Assembly (NCBI RefSeq): GCF_001194135.2 | Contig: NC_068987.1 | Span: 95,768,298 to 95,832,297 of the forward strand | DNA length: 64,000 nucleotides | Origin: Octopus bimaculoides | Taxonomy: Eukaryota | Reading direction: 5' to 3' | Made by a program: the position numbers and the translations under genes | Shown here: positions 62,083 through 64,000 of the stretch, one piece after another | Numbering within the stretch: the first letter of the stretch is position 1 | Layout of the letters: every line of letters begins with the position of its first letter | The notes under the pieces: model-generated | Told to the model about the DNA's origin: nothing | Databases searched by the model: none | The model's input: only the letters and a program-made list of their open reading frames with translations

Positions 62083-64000
62083 CAGTAGAACCTTATAGTA
62101 CAAGTACATTATTGTACGAGTAATTTGCTGTATAAGCTGAGGTTCATGTGAATTTTTGTCTTGAAATACAAGCAGAAATCCACAGTATGAGCGAGTTTCA
62201 TACAAGTGATCACTAGTCTGCGCTGAGCTCACGCACGGCTCTCCCAACAAGAGCTGTCTCCACTCGCTCAGTTCACATGTTTATCTTGTTGGATATTTCC
62301 CAGTGTTTTTGTTTAGTTTTGTGCATGCTTTGCTATTTTATAATAATTAGTTGTGTTAGCCATGGGTCCTAAGAATGGTAATGCAAAGGAGAGTGCTGAA
62401 AAGAAGAAAAATCTGATTACGATAAAATTGAAGAAGGAAATCATTGATAATCACGTGAGAGGAGTGCTTGTAGTGGACATAGCACATTGTGACCAAAACA
62501 CGTTGACAACCTGCACCATCCTGAAGAAAAAGGATGAGATCAAGGCCGTTAGAACAGCAAAGGATACCTCTAGGCTCTCTAAGCAATGCACATCTGTCCA
62601 CGAAAGGATGGAAAAATTACTTCTGTGGATCAACAAGAAGTAACTCACAGGGGATACGATTACGGAGACCATCATCTGTGAGAAAGCATGAGCGCTGTAT
62701 GGGGATCTCCCAAAGCAGAACCCTGGAACATCAACAGAGAAGACATCAGCAGACACATTTCAGGCCAGTCACAGCTGGTTTGATAATTTCAAGAAGAGGA
62801 CTGGTGTTCATAGCACCGTCAGGTATGGAGAAACAGTGAGCTCTGACACAAAGACAGCTGAAGATTTTGAGCATGAATTCCATCAGCTCATCGCAGCCAA
62901 GGGGTACATCGCACAACAGATATTCAACTGTGATGAAACTGGCCTGTTTTGGAAAAAATGCCCAGAAAAACCTGCATAACTGCAGAGAAGAAAATGCCAG
63001 GTCACAAGCTTATGAAAGATAGGCTAACTCTTACCCTTTGTGCCAATGCAAGTGGAGACTTGAAGATTAAGCTGTTTCTTGTCTACCATTCCGAAAACTC
63101 ATGAGTGTTGGAGTCAGAAAATCCGGAAGAAGCTGGAGGTCATGTGGAGGGCAAATGTTAAAGCGAGTCACCAGGTAATTCTTCTCCGATTGGGTCAACT
63201 TTGTCTCTGGACCAGTAGTGAAAAAGTACCTTCTGGGGAACAACCTTCCTCTTGAGTCCCTACTCATCCTCGACTGTGTTCCTGCTCACCCTCTTAACCT
63301 TGAAGATATCCTGGATGAATTTAGATTTATAAAAGTTATGTACCTTTCATGCAACACCACCCATATCTGGCAGCACATGGACCAACAGGTGATTTCTAAT
63401 TTTAAGAAATTGTACACCAAACACCTGTTTTGTCAGTGCTTTGAAGTCACCGAAAAAATCTAACCCTTCATGAGTTTTGAAAGGAGCACTAAACTGCCTG
63501 AAAACTATCAATATGGCCTGGCAGTGTAGCGGAGAGTGCTATCCCTACAAGTGACAAAAAGGCGGTGTTGACAAAGTGGCAGTATGTTTCTGAATTTGTA
63601 GAAACTTATCATCCTGAAAAAGTAGCTACAAGTCGTGCAGCTGCTTTTTTAAAGACACTGCTCTGGTGCATTTTCATAACGTTTTGAAAGGCAGGAAAAA
63701 GCAGACTTCTCTTGATATATTTCTAATGAAATGACTTGCAAGTGTAACAAGTGAAGAAAGTGTGTCCAAAAAGGCTAAATTGAGATGAGAGAGAAAACGC
63801 CAGAAATTATTCTTCATGAAGTCTTAATGGAAGAAGTTTCTCCTTCAAAACTAATCCAAAACTATTTCTTATGCGTTCTCTTTTTTATAATAGTCATTTT
63901 ACTTGTAACTACATAAATATACCTCTTCGGTTTTAAAACCTATAAAAAATTATTTTTGGGTGGTTTTGGTGGGGCTGGAATGGATTAATTATATTTTAGT
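62083..64000 (+). mobile_element. Tigger/pogo (CENP-B/TIGD1-like) DNA transposon, disabled, running off the window
   Basis: TA|CAGTAGAACCTT start. Remnants MGPK...KKKNLITIKLKKEII, FQASHSWFDNFKKRTG, QQIFNCDETGLFWKK, LLILDCVPAHP, WQHMDQQVISNFKKLY. Several stops and frameshifts. Confidence 0.88.

Noticed and set aside
1120-62123. Long ORFs in the supplied track that span N runs (1120-1741, 4399-5848, 39843-40810, 49324-49629, 61231-62123)
   Set aside because: They are open only because N codons and (TA)n/(CA)n repeats lack stops; these are assembly-gap artefacts.

Overview
Eukaryotic, AT-rich, repeat-dense draft-assembly DNA with many N gaps. The interspersed repeat families look like those of an octopus (coleoid cephalopod); this is recognition, not a database match. 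Four host genes can be read. (1) The last three coding exons of a class I Rab11 family-interacting protein (+, 6787-10496, C-terminal FIP-RBD). (2) COX10 heme O synthase (+, five exons 20667-26723; the first coding exon or exons could not be placed). (3) An intronless NTHL1/endonuclease III gene (-, 35024-36226). (4) The first coding exon of a divergent SRSF3/SRSF7-type SR protein (+, 43567-43712), whose remaining exons are not visible in the next 20 kb. The rest is tRNA-headed SINEs, RTE and CR1-type LINE debris, two mariner fragments, a Tigger/pogo element, Penelope-like elements, MITEs, microsatellites and several local fold-backs and duplications. The most notable non-genic objects are: a Penelope-like element with inverted pseudo-LTRs, each carrying a minimal hammerhead ribozyme, and a tRNA-like Pol III cassette just upstream of the 3' ribozyme (52756-53584); and a 195-bp GC-rich, near-perfect palindromic element with telomere-like repeats and a 9-bp target-site duplication (46577-46771). 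I found no evidence for an unambiguous new multi-gene system. The findings below are hypotheses with stated tests.
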